Position numbers and translations under genes: made by a program
Origin: Thermoplasmata archaeon
GTDB taxonomy: Archaea > Thermoplasmatota > Thermoplasmata > Lutacidiplasmatales > UBA184
Length of the DNA: 49,299 bases
Reading direction: 5' to 3'
Assembly (NCBI GenBank): GCA_030037855.1
Contig: JASHPY010000122.1
Coordinates: forward strand, 1-49,299
Part shown: in pieces, positions 8,174 to 17,367 of the stretch
Layout: each line of letters opens with the position of its first letter
How positions within the stretch are numbered: the stretch's first letter is position 1
Notes under the pieces: generated by a model
Told to the model about the DNA's origin: nothing
Databases searched by the model: none
Seen by the model: the letters and a program-made list of their open reading frames with translations, nothing else

Positions 8174-9238
8174 TCATCGGCCGCGGACGCGCCCCGCGAC
8201 CCGGGCCTCTTCGAACGTCGCCATCTCGTCGAGGAGCCGCGCCGCGGCCTCGCAGAGCAGCATCTGAAGGGCCGCCCCGGTGCCCTCGCCGAGCCGTAGT
8301 CCGAGGTCGAGGTAGGGTACGAGACCCAGTCGGTCGAGCGCGAGCCGGTGGCCGGGCTCGGCCGACCGATGGGAGGGTACGAGAAACGCCGGAAGTCCAG
8401 GCTGGATGCGACTCGCCCATACCGTCGCCACGGTCGCGATGAAACCGTCCACGATCACGGGCACCCGGTGCGCCGCGGCTCCGAGAGCCGCTCCGGCCAT
8501 GGCCGCGATCTCAAAGCCCCCCACCTCGCGCAGCACGGACCACGGGTCGTTCGCATCGATCGCGCGATCCCGCAGAGCCGCGTCGACCAGGCGTGCCTTT
8601 CGGGCCACTCCGGAGGCATCGAGCCCTGTCCCGGGGCCGACCACATCCACCCCCGGTCGGCCGGTTAGCGCCGCCAGCATCGCACTCGCCGACGTGGAGT
8701 TACCGATCCCCATGTCGCCGATCGCGAGAAGGTCCGTTCCGGCCTCGACCACGGAGTCGGCGACCGCGCTCCCGACCTCGACGGCCCGTTCTGCCTCATC
8801 GTGGGTCATCGCCGCCTCGCGGGCGAAGTTGCGTGTCCCCCGGGCGATCCGCGCGACTCGTAGGGACGCGTGCGTGGGCCGAGGCTCCGCGTCGATCCCT
8901 ACGTCGACGAACACCACGTCCGCGCCGACGAGCCGGGAGAGTACGTTGATGGCCGCGCCGCCCGCGAGAAAGTTCTCCAACATCGCGGCGGTCACGCTCG
9001 CCGGGTACGCCGAGACCCCTTCGCTGGCGATTCCGTGATCCGCTGCAAAGACCGCGATTGTCTTACGCCGGAACCGGGGACGGGGATCGCCCCGGATGGA
9101 CGCAAGGCGTTCGGCCAGCTCCTCGAGCCGGCCCAGGCTCCCTTCGGGCTTGGTGAGCGTGGCCCAGCGCCGATGGGCCTCCGCGGCGACCGACGGATCG
9201 AGGCGCGGGAGTTCATACGCCTCCGTCGGCGGGGCCAT
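8174..9238 (-). CDS. cobT: Nicotinate-nucleotide--dimethylbenzimidazole phosphoribosyltransferase
   Basis: The motifs LTKPEGSLGRLEELA, AADHGIASEGVSAYP, AAINVL and GIGNSTSASA are present. The internal ATG (M156 of the 509-aa track ORF) is taken as the start. The upstream extension is Arg-rich nonsense. Confidence 0.9.
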   Translation of the reverse strand: MAPPTEAYELPRLDPSVAAEAHRRWATLTKPEGSLGRLEELAERLASIRGDPRPRFRRKTIAVFAADHGIASEGVSAYPASVTAAMLENFLAGGAAINVLSRLVGADVVFVDVGIDAEPRPTHASLRVARIARGTRNFAREAAMTHDEAERAVEVGSAVADSVVEAGTDLLAIGDMGIGNSTSASAMLAALTGRPGVDVVGPGTGLDASGVARKARLVDAALRDRAIDANDPWSVLREVGGFEIAAMAGAALGAAAHRVPVIVDGFIATVATVWASRIQPGLPAFLVPSHRSAEPGHRLALDRLGLVPYLDLGLRLGEGTGAALQMLLCEAAARLLDEMATFEEARVAGRVRGR

Positions 9239-9348
9239 GGAACGGACCCACGGGACGTGGGGCCCCTTCACCGTTTCGGCCGCGAGGGGCCGTACCGGAC
9301 GGCGTCGCTCGGCCCGCTCCTTATCTCGATGATGCGCTCCCCCAACGT

Positions 9349-10125
9349 ATGGGCCTCGGGGCCTCGCTCTCGTTCCTCTCTCGAATACCGTCGCGGCGTT
9401 CGGACGGCGCTTCGATCGCCCTCGCCCTCCCCTGGTTCCCTCTCGCCGGGCTCCTCGTCGGAGCGGTGCTGGGCATCGCGGCCACGCTCGAGTTCTTCGT
9501 GCTCCCCACGGTCGCGGCGTTTCTGTTCGTCCCGACGTACTTCGCGGTGAAGGGGATCCTCCATACCGACGGTCTCGCCGACACGGCAGACGCGCTGGCG
9601 GCCCACGGGTCGCCGGACGACCGGGACCGGGTGCTCCGCGACCCGCACATCGGCGCGGCGGGGGCGGTCGTGATCGCCGTGTTCGTTGTCGGTCTGTTCG
9701 CAACGTTCGAGTCGATCCGTGCTCAGAGCGTCTTGCTGGGGCCGGTCGGTGCGTGGATCGGACTGTTCCGCTGGGCGCCGCTGATCCTGCCGATGCTCGC
9801 GGAACTCACCGCGACGACCACGTTGGTGGCGGCCTTCGGCCTCGCGCCCCTATCGCCCCACTCCCGACTCGCCAGTGCGTTCGCCGCGGGAGCCTCGCGC
9901 GGGGGACTGGTGACCGGCGTGGCGGTCGGAGTCGCTCTGCTCGTACTCTTCGGGGGCGTTGTGGGAGTCGTACTTGCCGGGGGCGCACTCGTCGTCGCCT
10001 ACCTCGTCGCGCGGGTCTCCCGTCGGTGGTTCTCGGGCCTCAGCGGGGACCTCCTCGGCGCGGGTCACGACGTCGCGTTCCTCCTCGCACTGGTCCTCGC
10101 GCTCGGATGGCTATGGCCCCGGTGA
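9349..10125 (+). CDS. cobS: Adenosylcobinamide-GDP ribazoletransferase (cobalamin synthase)
   Basis: This is a membrane protein with the sequence LSFLSRIP...HTDGLADTADAL, which is diagnostic of CobS. Confidence 0.9.
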   Translation: MGLGASLSFLSRIPSRRSDGASIALALPWFPLAGLLVGAVLGIAATLEFFVLPTVAAFLFVPTYFAVKGILHTDGLADTADALAAHGSPDDRDRVLRDPHIGAAGAVVIAVFVVGLFATFESIRAQSVLLGPVGAWIGLFRWAPLILPMLAELTATTTLVAAFGLAPLSPHSRLASAFAAGASRGGLVTGVAVGVALLVLFGGVVGVVLAGGALVVAYLVARVSRRWFSGLSGDLLGAGHDVAFLLALVLALGWLWPR

Positions 10126-10165
10126 GCGGTCCTCCGTTACCTCCGCGGTCCCTCGGAGCGAGACG

Positions 10166-10813
10166 ATGACCCTCGCGATCGTGCTCGCGGGAGGCCGGGG
10201 CCGTCGACTCCGGCGACCGGGCGTGGAGAAGCCGCTCGTGCGGGTCGGTGGCGCGACGCTCCTCGCCCGGGTCGTGTCGGCGGTCCGTCCGGCGCCGGGG
10301 GTCGACCTGCGCGTCGCCGTGAGCCCGCATACCGTCCGAACCGCCCGCGCCTGCCGCGACTTCGGACTCGAAGCGCTGGAGACGCCGGGCGCCGGCTACG
10401 CGACGGACGTCGGATACCTACTCGGACGATTCCCCCGGTTCGCGACGATCTCCGCGGACCTGCCGTTCCTCGCGCCCGCGGCGGTCGTGCGGTTCCTCGG
10501 CGCCGCGACCCGGTCGGCGACGGGCCTCGTGGGCGTGCTGCCGATTGAACGCTGCCGGTTTCCCGTCCCGGACGACCTCGCGTGGCGGCTCGAGCCCGGC
10601 GGCCGGGTCGCCGGGCGGATGGTCGGTATCAACTGGGTCGTCGCGGACGCCCCGGCTCCGGATCGCCTCTACCGGTTCGATGACCCGGAGCTCGAGTACA
10701 ACATCAATCGTCCGATCGATCTCGTCCGGGCCCGGCGCCACGCCGCGCGAGGCGCCCCGACCACACCGCGTCTTCCACTCCTAGGCGCGCCTCCCAGGCG
10801 TACCGATCGGTGA
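10166..10813 (+). CDS. cobY: Adenosylcobinamide-phosphate guanylyltransferase, archaeal type
   Basis: The N-terminal nucleotidyltransferase motif is MTLAIVLAGGRGRRL...EKPL. The gene lies between cobS and cbiZ. The start is the internal ATG (M70 of the track ORF). Confidence 0.75.
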   Translation: MTLAIVLAGGRGRRLRRPGVEKPLVRVGGATLLARVVSAVRPAPGVDLRVAVSPHTVRTARACRDFGLEALETPGAGYATDVGYLLGRFPRFATISADLPFLAPAAVVRFLGAATRSATGLVGVLPIERCRFPVPDDLAWRLEPGGRVAGRMVGINWVVADAPAPDRLYRFDDPELEYNINRPIDLVRARRHAARGAPTTPRLPLLGAPPRRTDR

Positions 10814-11474
10814 GCGGTAGGCTCCGCGCGGCCGCTGAGATCCTCGCCCGTGACCAGCCGCGCTCGACCAGCCGCGCGCGGATCGTGCGGTCGAGCCGAA
10901 TCCCGTCCCCGATCACGAGGCTCTCGGCCACGGCGGCCGCCACCATCGCGCCGAGAGCGCGGCCCCGCGGCGTCGCCGCACCGCAGTACTCCCAGCGCTC
11001 GCCGGAGTTTTCGCACGCCACCACAACCGCATCCGTCGACGTGCCCGTCGCCGGAGCGCGGCCGTCGTGCACGTCGAGTCGTCGCAGCGCGGCGCCCTTG
11101 GCCTCGGTCGCCACCTTGACGGCCTCCACCATCGCCCCCGACGTCGGCACCCCCGAGAGGACGAGTACGATGTTGATCGTCCCGACGAACGCCGCGTTCG
11201 ACACGCCCGCCGTCACGAGCACGGTTCCGTAGCGACTCCGGCGTGTCGCGACCGCCCGTAGATCGACGGCGGTGAGCAACCCCACCACGGAGCGAAGCCT
11301 CGTGCGCCGCTCGAAACGGCGGAAGAACGACGGAACCGGTTCATGGTACGACTTCGGAACGTGGACGTTGACGATCGTGCGGGCTCGACGGGCCCCCCCG
11401 TGCCAGGGCGCCGAGCTCACTACTCGAAAGTCCCCGCGAACCAGGAGGTACTCCTCCCGGATCGACCAGTGCAT
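10704..11474 (-). CDS. cbiZ: Adenosylcobinamide amidohydrolase
   Basis: The 256-aa protein contains VSSAPWHGG, LLTAVDL, GTINIVLVL and ATGTSTDAVVVA, a CbiZ-like pattern. It sits in a B12 context. It overlaps the cobY 3' end by 110 nt in convergent orientation. Confidence 0.75.
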   Translation of the reverse strand: MHWSIREEYLLVRGDFRVVSSAPWHGGARRARTIVNVHVPKSYHEPVPSFFRRFERRTRLRSVVGLLTAVDLRAVATRRSRYGTVLVTAGVSNAAFVGTINIVLVLSGVPTSGAMVEAVKVATEAKGAALRRLDVHDGRAPATGTSTDAVVVACENSGERWEYCGAATPRGRALGAMVAAAVAESLVIGDGIRLDRTIRARLVERGWSRARISAAARSLPLTDRYAWEARLGVEDAVWSGRLARRGAGPGRDRSDD

Positions 11475-11572
11475 GTCGGGCCGTCCGCCCGCGCCACTTC
11501 ACGATTGCGGGCCGGCGCGGGGTGTCGGGAGGCCAGCACCGCCTCGGAGGCCCTTACCGGGGCGCGACGCTA

Positions 11573-12334
11573 ATGGGACCCTACTCGGTGGGCCCGCTGA
11601 TGGACGGGGCGGAACCGAACGGAGCGGCTCAGCGAGCGAGGGACGAGGTCACCCCCCGGGACCGCGAGGGGTTCTACCGGGTCCTCTACGGCCGGCGCGA
11701 CATCCGGTCTCAGTTCCTACCGGACCCGATCCCGGACGAGGTCCTCGTCGCGGTCCTGAGGGCGGCGCACCACGCCCCATCGGTCGGGTTCATGCAGCCG
11801 TGGAACTTCGTGGTCGTCCGCGACCGCGCCATCCGTGAGAAGGTCCGCGCGAACTTCGAGGAGGTGCGACGCGAGGGCGCCGCCCAGTTCTCCGGTGAGC
11901 GAAGGTCGCTCTACGATTCGCTGAAGCTCGAAGGCATTCTCGACGCCCCGGTCAACATCTGCGTGACGTGCGACCCCGACCGGGCCGGGAAGGCCGTTCT
12001 GGGCCGCGTCCGAGTGCGGGAAGTGGACGTCTTCTCCACCTGCCTCGCGATCGAGAACCTGTGGCTGGCGGCGCGGGCGGAGGGTCTCGGCGTCGGCTGG
12101 GTGAGCATCCTCGACCCGGAGCGGGTCCGGGACCTCCTCGAAATCCCGGTCGGGATCTCTCCGCTCGCCTATCTGACGATGGGATATGTTCGCGAGTTCC
12201 CCCGGCGACCCGAGCTCGAGACGAAGGGATGGGCGACACGGGCCCCGCTCGACGGGCGGATCTTTCTGGACCGGTGGGGCGCGAGGTATCCGTCGCCCCT
12301 CGATACACCTCCGGTCGCTACGACCGATCGCTGA
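11573..12334 (+). CDS. bluB: 5,6-dimethylbenzimidazole synthase (nitroreductase-fold BluB)
   Basis: The motifs YGRRDIRSQFLPDPIPDEVL..AAHHAPSVGFMQPWNFVVV, LEGILDAPVNICVTCD and GLGVGWVSIL are present. The start is either ATG 11573 or the ORF maximum at 11522. Confidence 0.85.
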   Translation: MGPYSVGPLMDGAEPNGAAQRARDEVTPRDREGFYRVLYGRRDIRSQFLPDPIPDEVLVAVLRAAHHAPSVGFMQPWNFVVVRDRAIREKVRANFEEVRREGAAQFSGERRSLYDSLKLEGILDAPVNICVTCDPDRAGKAVLGRVRVREVDVFSTCLAIENLWLAARAEGLGVGWVSILDPERVRDLLEIPVGISPLAYLTMGYVREFPRRPELETKGWATRAPLDGRIFLDRWGARYPSPLDTPPVATTDR

Positions 12335-13943
12335 GTCGGCGTCCCGGCGGCCCGAGCCGACGCACCAAGGCGCTGAGGTCGACGTGCGCCTCCAGAAGAT
12401 CCGCCACGGCGTCGATCGTTCGGTCCAGCCCGGGGAAGACCGCGTCCGGGCCGGTCGGAACGCGGTGCCGGACGGACGGCTTCCGTGGAGGGGCACTCCC
12501 CCCTACCCACCGCACGAGACCCTCGAGGGCTTCCGACGACCCGAGCGCGCCGTGGAGCAGGGTGCCCCAGACACGACCGTCCGCGGTCCGGGCGCCGTCG
12601 GGTTCCGTCGGCTCGGCGAAGTCGCCCGAGGCGGAGACCGAGAAAATCGGGTTCGTGGAAGCGCCCCGGACGACCTGGCCCCGATGGATCTCGTACCCTC
12701 GGATCCCCGCGCCGAGACGTAGCCAGGGGTGGCCCCGGTAGGCGCGCGCCGTCACCAACCGGACCACCTTCGAACCCCGGAAGCGAGTCGCTACCGGCAA
12801 GAGGCCGAGCGCTCGATGGTGGCCGGGCGGGCCGTCCCATCCCTCAGTGTCGTGGAGCCACGTTCCGAGCAACTGGAACCCGCCGCAGATCCCACCGACG
12901 CCGGCTCCCCGCGCCCGAGCTTGGCGCAGCGCTCTCGGCCAGCCGCCCGCCCGTAGCCAAGCGAGATCGTCCCCGGTGCGCCTCGTCCCCGGAAGTAGGA
13001 TCGCCGAGCACTCCGCGATTTCGCCCGCGGAGCGGACCCAACGCGTGTCGAGCTCCGGACACCGTTCGAGCGGCTGGAAGTCGGAGAAGTTCGCGGTATG
13101 CGGGAGTCGGACGATACCGAGTCGCGGAAGGCCCGCCCGACCCGGCGATCGCGGCGCGCGCGCCAGCTCCAGCGAATCCTCCGGCGGGAGCGCCCCGGCC
13201 TTCGCTGGAAGCATCGGGAGCACGCCCAGCACGGGCACCCCGACGCGGTCCGCGGTCCACGCCATCGCGGGCCGGAAGAGCCGTTCGTCTCCTCGAAGCC
13301 GATTGAAGATGATGCCACAGACCCGGGCGCGTTCGGACGGCGTGAGGAGCTCGAGCGTCCCCACGACCTGCGCGAGCGAGCCGCCACGCTCGAGGTCCGC
13401 GACGAGGATCACGGGGATGTCGAGCACCTCCGCGACGAAGAAGTTCGAAAGATCGCTCTGACGCAGGTTCAGCTCGACCGGCGAGCCGGCGCCTTCCGCG
13501 ACGACGACGACGTCGGACTTGCGGAGCGTCGCGAGCGTTCGCCGGATCTCCGTGCGGAGCCGCGGCAGCTGGGCGGGCATTTCGCGACGCCAGGAGCGGA
13601 GCCGGGCTACCGGCCGACCGCGGAGGATGACCTCGACGCTCCCGTCGTAGGGCTTCAGCAGCACCGGGTTCGCGTCCGCCGAGGCCGTGACCCGCGCGGC
13701 GGCGCACTGCACCCACTGCGCGATCGCGATCTCCGCCCCCGTTTCCGTGGCGATCGAGTTGAGGGACATGTTCACCGCTTTGAACGGCGCTACGCGGTAG
13801 CCACGGCGGACGAGCGCGCGGCAGAGCCCGGTCGTTACGAAGCTCTTGCCCGCGTCGCTCGTGGTCCCCGCGACGAGCACGCCCGGCGCGCGAGAGGACC
13901 GCTCGCTACCACTCGATTCCCGGGCGGGCATCCATCCCTCCAT
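12318..13943 (-). CDS. cobQ: Cobyric acid synthase
   Basis: The N-terminal P-loop-like domain begins VLVAGTTSDAGKSFVTTGLCRAL. A C-terminal glutamine amidotransferase domain carries GGICGGFQLLG. Confidence 0.9.
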   Translation of the reverse strand: MEGWMPARESSGSERSSRAPGVLVAGTTSDAGKSFVTTGLCRALVRRGYRVAPFKAVNMSLNSIATETGAEIAIAQWVQCAAARVTASADANPVLLKPYDGSVEVILRGRPVARLRSWRREMPAQLPRLRTEIRRTLATLRKSDVVVVAEGAGSPVELNLRQSDLSNFFVAEVLDIPVILVADLERGGSLAQVVGTLELLTPSERARVCGIIFNRLRGDERLFRPAMAWTADRVGVPVLGVLPMLPAKAGALPPEDSLELARAPRSPGRAGLPRLGIVRLPHTANFSDFQPLERCPELDTRWVRSAGEIAECSAILLPGTRRTGDDLAWLRAGGWPRALRQARARGAGVGGICGGFQLLGTWLHDTEGWDGPPGHHRALGLLPVATRFRGSKVVRLVTARAYRGHPWLRLGAGIRGYEIHRGQVVRGASTNPIFSVSASGDFAEPTEPDGARTADGRVWGTLLHGALGSSEALEGLVRWVGGSAPPRKPSVRHRVPTGPDAVFPGLDRTIDAVADLLEAHVDLSALVRRLGPPGRRLSDRS

Positions 13944-14493
13944 GGTACGGATGCTTCATCCCGACCATCATCGTGACGAGGTGCGCGCGATCGAGCAGCA
14001 TCTTCGGCGCTCCGCGCCCCGTCAGGACGAGTTCGGTGGTAGCGGCCTTCTGGTCCAGGAGCTCCACGACCTCCGCGACTGGGATGAGCCCGCGGACGAT
14101 CGCCGTGTTGACCTCGTCGAGCACGACCAGGTCGAACGCGCCGCTCGACGAAGCGCGACGCCCGCTGCGGAGCGCTCGGCGGGCCAGCTCGAGATCCTCT
14201 TCGGCCGGCCGGTCCCGCTTCACCCAGTGACCGCTGCCGTACTGTTCGATGTGAACTCCGGGGAGCTTTCGCAGGGTAACGATCTCGCCGTAGTTCCCCT
14301 TCTTCATGAACTGGATGAGGCAGCAACGAAGTCCGTGCCCGACCGCGCGAGCGATGAGACCAAAGCTGGCCGTACTCTTCCCCTTCCCTCCGCCGGTGTA
14401 GACCTGGATGAGCCCGGTCGTGAGCGGCGTGCGGCGCGACCGGGGGGGTACCTCGAACCGGGGGTAGGTCGGCTCCTCCTCGTTGTACGGCAT
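13906..14493 (-). CDS. cobA: Cob(I)yrinic acid a,c-diamide (corrinoid) adenosyltransferase, CobA/CobO/BtuR type
   Basis: The motifs IQVYTGGGKGKSTASFGLIARAVGHG, LIQFMKG and VVLDEVN are present. Length is 195 aa. Confidence 0.9.
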   Translation of the reverse strand: MPYNEEEPTYPRFEVPPRSRRTPLTTGLIQVYTGGGKGKSTASFGLIARAVGHGLRCCLIQFMKKGNYGEIVTLRKLPGVHIEQYGSGHWVKRDRPAEEDLELARRALRSGRRASSSGAFDLVVLDEVNTAIVRGLIPVAEVVELLDQKAATTELVLTGRGAPKMLLDRAHLVTMMVGMKHPYHGGMDARPGIEW

Positions 14494-14603
14494 CGCTCCC
14501 TCGCCTAACCCGCGTCGAGCCGACCGGCGCTCGCTCCGGCCCGTCCGAGATCGGAGCGAGCCGCGGGCTCGCTGATAACTCTCCGGAGGCTCGGAGGCGG
14601 GTC

Positions 14604-15092
14604 GTGTCGCTCGTGCGCTTCCATGTGGTCTGTGGTGGCGGAACCGGGTCGCAGCTGCTGCGCCGGCTCCACGCGAAGGGCTACGAGCTCTCGGCCGGAG
14701 TCCTCGCGGAGAACGACGACGACGCGCTCACCGCGAGCGCCCTGGGCGCCACGGTCGTGCTCGCGCCGATACCCGGGTCGATCGAACCGAAGATCCTGGC
14801 ACGCGTTCGTCGGTGCATGCTCCGTTCCGCCGGAGTGATCCTCACCCCGTTCGCTGTCGGGCGAGGCAACCTGCCGAACCTCGAGGTCGTTCTCGGACTG
14901 CCCCCGGAGCTCCCGGTCCTGATCGTCGTCGGGGGCGAATTCGCGCGACGCGACTACACGGGAGGCGAGGCAACTCGGATCTACGAAGCCCTTCGAGCGC
15001 GGGCGCTCGCGTCCGTGGCCTCGAGCGAGGATCTTGTGCGCGAGGTCACCGCGCGATTCCCTCTCGGGCCGGATTTCCGTTCGGGCAACTGA
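14604..15092 (+). CDS. Hypothetical protein, free-standing copy of the 'HVVCGGG(S/T)G' domain
   Basis: GTG start, 162 aa. It aligns by eye along its whole length with the C-terminal ~150 aa of the ATPase at 17364..18644, with roughly one third of residues identical. It is the first gene of the importer operon and is divergent from cobA. Confidence 0.7.
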   Translation: MSLVRFHVVCGGGTGSQLLRRLHAKGYELSAGVLAENDDDALTASALGATVVLAPIPGSIEPKILARVRRCMLRSAGVILTPFAVGRGNLPNLEVVLGLPPELPVLIVVGGEFARRDYTGGEATRIYEALRARALASVASSEDLVREVTARFPLGPDFRSGN

Positions 15093-15139
15093 GCCGAGTC
15101 GGACCCTGGGATCGTAGCAACCGCGGTCCATCACGCCAG

Positions 15140-15160
15140 CCTTATCTACAACAGATATTA
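15140..15160 (+). promoter_or_regulatory. Putative promoter (TATA-like elements) of the substrate-binding protein gene
   Basis: This is an isolated AT-rich patch, CCTTATCTACAACAGATATTA, located 17-37 nt upstream of ATG 15177. The octamer CCTTATCT recurs upstream of cobS (9319..9326). Confidence 0.35.
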
Positions 15161-15176
15161 CAGAATTCCTACGCAT

Positions 15177-16229
15177 ATGAACGCGACCCCACCGACCTCC
15201 GAGGAAATCGACCGCCCCCGCCGCGGCGCTCGCACCTGGCTCCCCACCGTCGTCCTCGCCATCCTGCTCGTGGCCGTGGTCGCGATCGCGGCGCTCGACC
15301 TCACCGTTTTCCGTCCCGCGGCGGCCTCGAGTTCCAGCACGCAGGGTTCCGTCACCGTGGTGGACGACTCGGGACGGTCCGTCACCGTCAGCGGAGTTCC
15401 TACCCGAATCATCGTGCTCGGTCCGAGCGTGATGGACATCCTCTTCCGATTGGGGCTGCGCGCCGACGTGGTCGGCGTGGACGGGGGTCCGGCGTCGGCC
15501 GGCGGTGTACTGGACGACTACTCTCCGGGTCAGGTCGCCAACTGGAGCCTCAGCTCCCTGCCGGTCATCACCTGGGATCCCACGCTGGACGTGGAGGCGG
15601 TCATCGCCCTCAACCCGGACCTCGTCGTCGCCGGATCCGGCTTCTCGCTGTCCCAGCTCGAGTCGCTGCAGAGCACGTACGGTATCCCCTGCCTCTACCT
15701 CAATCCCCCCACGCTTGCCGGGATCGAGTACGACGTCTCGATCGTCGGAGCGGTCACCCGCACCAACGCGACCGCGGTAGCGCTGAACGAGCAGATGGAG
15801 GCGTCGATGCTGTCCGACGCGAATGAGCTCGTCAACATCACCGCCGTGCCGTCCGTGTTCCTGACCTACTACCCCGACGCCGGAGGCTATTGGACGTTCG
15901 GGCCGGGCAGCTTCGGCAACGACCTCATCTTGGACGCGGGTGCGACCAGCATCACGGAGAACGACACGCTTGCCAATTCCGAGGAGGTCAGCGGCAGCTA
16001 TATTCTGGCCGCGAACCCGGCGGCGATCATCGTCGGCACCGGCTTTGGGCTCGAGGAGCAAAACTACTCCCTCTCCCCCGACTGGTCGTCGTTCGGAGCC
16101 GTTCAGGCGGGTCACGTGATCGCGCTCAACGCGATCTACCTAACCGAGCCCGACCCGAGCATGATCTTCGGGCTCGCGAACCTCATTACCCTCCTCCATC
16201 CTGAGCTCAGCGGTGGGACGCCCCTCTGA
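15177..16229 (+). CDS. ABC importer substrate-binding protein, BtuF/FhuD-like (class III PBP), membrane anchored
   Basis: The protein has an N-terminal TM anchor. The motif PTRIIVLGPSVMDILFRLGL.ADVVGVD is typical of the PF01497-type family. It lies upstream of a FecCD permease. Confidence 0.85.
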   Translation: MNATPPTSEEIDRPRRGARTWLPTVVLAILLVAVVAIAALDLTVFRPAAASSSSTQGSVTVVDDSGRSVTVSGVPTRIIVLGPSVMDILFRLGLRADVVGVDGGPASAGGVLDDYSPGQVANWSLSSLPVITWDPTLDVEAVIALNPDLVVAGSGFSLSQLESLQSTYGIPCLYLNPPTLAGIEYDVSIVGAVTRTNATAVALNEQMEASMLSDANELVNITAVPSVFLTYYPDAGGYWTFGPGSFGNDLILDAGATSITENDTLANSEEVSGSYILAANPAAIIVGTGFGLEEQNYSLSPDWSSFGAVQAGHVIALNAIYLTEPDPSMIFGLANLITLLHPELSGGTPL

Positions 16230-17367
16230 ACGGTCGGTCCCCTCGGTCGCTCGGCTCGAGGATCCGGGCCTCGGGCCGCGTCGCGGGCGTGGACCGACGC
16301 GCACCCTCCTCGTTGTGGGCGTGGCGTTGCTCGTGGGCACGCTCGCCTCCCTCGCGGTCGGGCCCGTCGCGATCCCCCCCGAGAACCTCGCGTACCTGTT
16401 GTTGCACCGGATCGGCCTCCTCGCAGTCCAGGACTGCCCCACGCGTCTGGTGGTGGACGGGACCTCGGTGCCCTGTTCGATCCAGGCCGAGATCCTGTTC
16501 GACTCGCTGCTACCGATCGTCCTCCTGTCGCTATTGGTCGGCGCGGCCCTCGCTCTGTCGGGGGCGGCGATGCAAGGCCTCTTCCGCAACCCGCTAGCCG
16601 ACCCCTACCTCCTCGGCATCTCCTCGGGGTCTGCCCTGGGTGCCGCGCTGGTGTTCGTGAACGCCTCGTTCCTTGGGATCACGCTCGAGGCGGGCCAGCA
16701 GGACATACTCGTACCGCTGCTGGCCTTCCTCGGCGCGTTCGCGGCGGGTCTTGTCGTGCTGGTCGCGTCCCACTCCCGGTGGGCGAACGCGGAGACCCTG
16801 ATCCTCACCGGTGTTGCGCTCGCGGCCATCTTGGGGGACCTCATGGTCCTCGTGATCTCGCTGCGGCCGCTCGCCGTCGCGCTGCCGCTCACGTTCTGGC
16901 TACTCGGCGGCTTCGAGTCCGCCACCTGGGATCAGGTGGGCGTCCTGGCGGCGGTGGTGGTGGTCGCCGGCGGGATTCTGATCCTCCACGGGCGCGTGCT
17001 GAACGTCCTCCAGATGGGGGAAGAGACGGCCGCCGGACTGGGGATCTCGGTGCCGTCGATGCGTCGCCGACTGATCCTACTGTCGGTCATCCTGACGGCC
17101 ACCGCGGTCGCTTTCTCGGGTGTGATCGGCTTCGTGGGTCTGGTCTCGCCGCATATCGTCCGCCGGATCCAGGGCCCGAACTATCAGTCTCTGTTGCCGG
17201 CGTCCGCGCTCGTGGGCGCGCTGCTGCTCGTGGTCGCGAACGACGTCGCGACCTCGGTCCTGGGCGGCGGGGCCATATTGCCGGTCGGGGTGGTGACCGG
17301 TGTGATGGGCGGGCCGTTCATCCTCTACCTCCTCTACCGTCGCCGGAGCTCGGCGGGGTCGGCATGA
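16213..17367 (+). CDS. FecCD/BtuC-family ABC importer permease
   Basis: The motif LALSGAAMQGLFRNPLADPYLLGISSGSALGAAL is present and the protein is polytopic. It overlaps the next gene by ATGA. Confidence 0.9.
   Translation: MGRPSERSVPSVARLEDPGLGPRRGRGPTRTLLVVGVALLVGTLASLAVGPVAIPPENLAYLLLHRIGLLAVQDCPTRLVVDGTSVPCSIQAEILFDSLLPIVLLSLLVGAALALSGAAMQGLFRNPLADPYLLGISSGSALGAALVFVNASFLGITLEAGQQDILVPLLAFLGAFAAGLVVLVASHSRWANAETLILTGVALAAILGDLMVLVISLRPLAVALPLTFWLLGGFESATWDQVGVLAAVVVVAGGILILHGRVLNVLQMGEETAAGLGISVPSMRRRLILLSVILTATAVAFSGVIGFVGLVSPHIVRRIQGPNYQSLLPASALVGALLLVVANDVATSVLGGGAILPVGVVTGVMGGPFILYLLYRRRSSAGSA

Noticed and set aside
8174-9703. N-terminal extensions of track ORFs that would make giant fusion proteins: cobT 509 aa, uvrB 1069 aa, helicase 1101 aa, purQ 397 aa, glyS 892 aa, btuD 621 aa and HAD 634 aa.
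   Set aside because: The track starts each ORF at the first possible ATG, GTG or TTG. The extensions are low-complexity, overlap neighbouring real genes, and end where the conserved N-termini of the families begin, often at ATGA/GTGA coupling sites.
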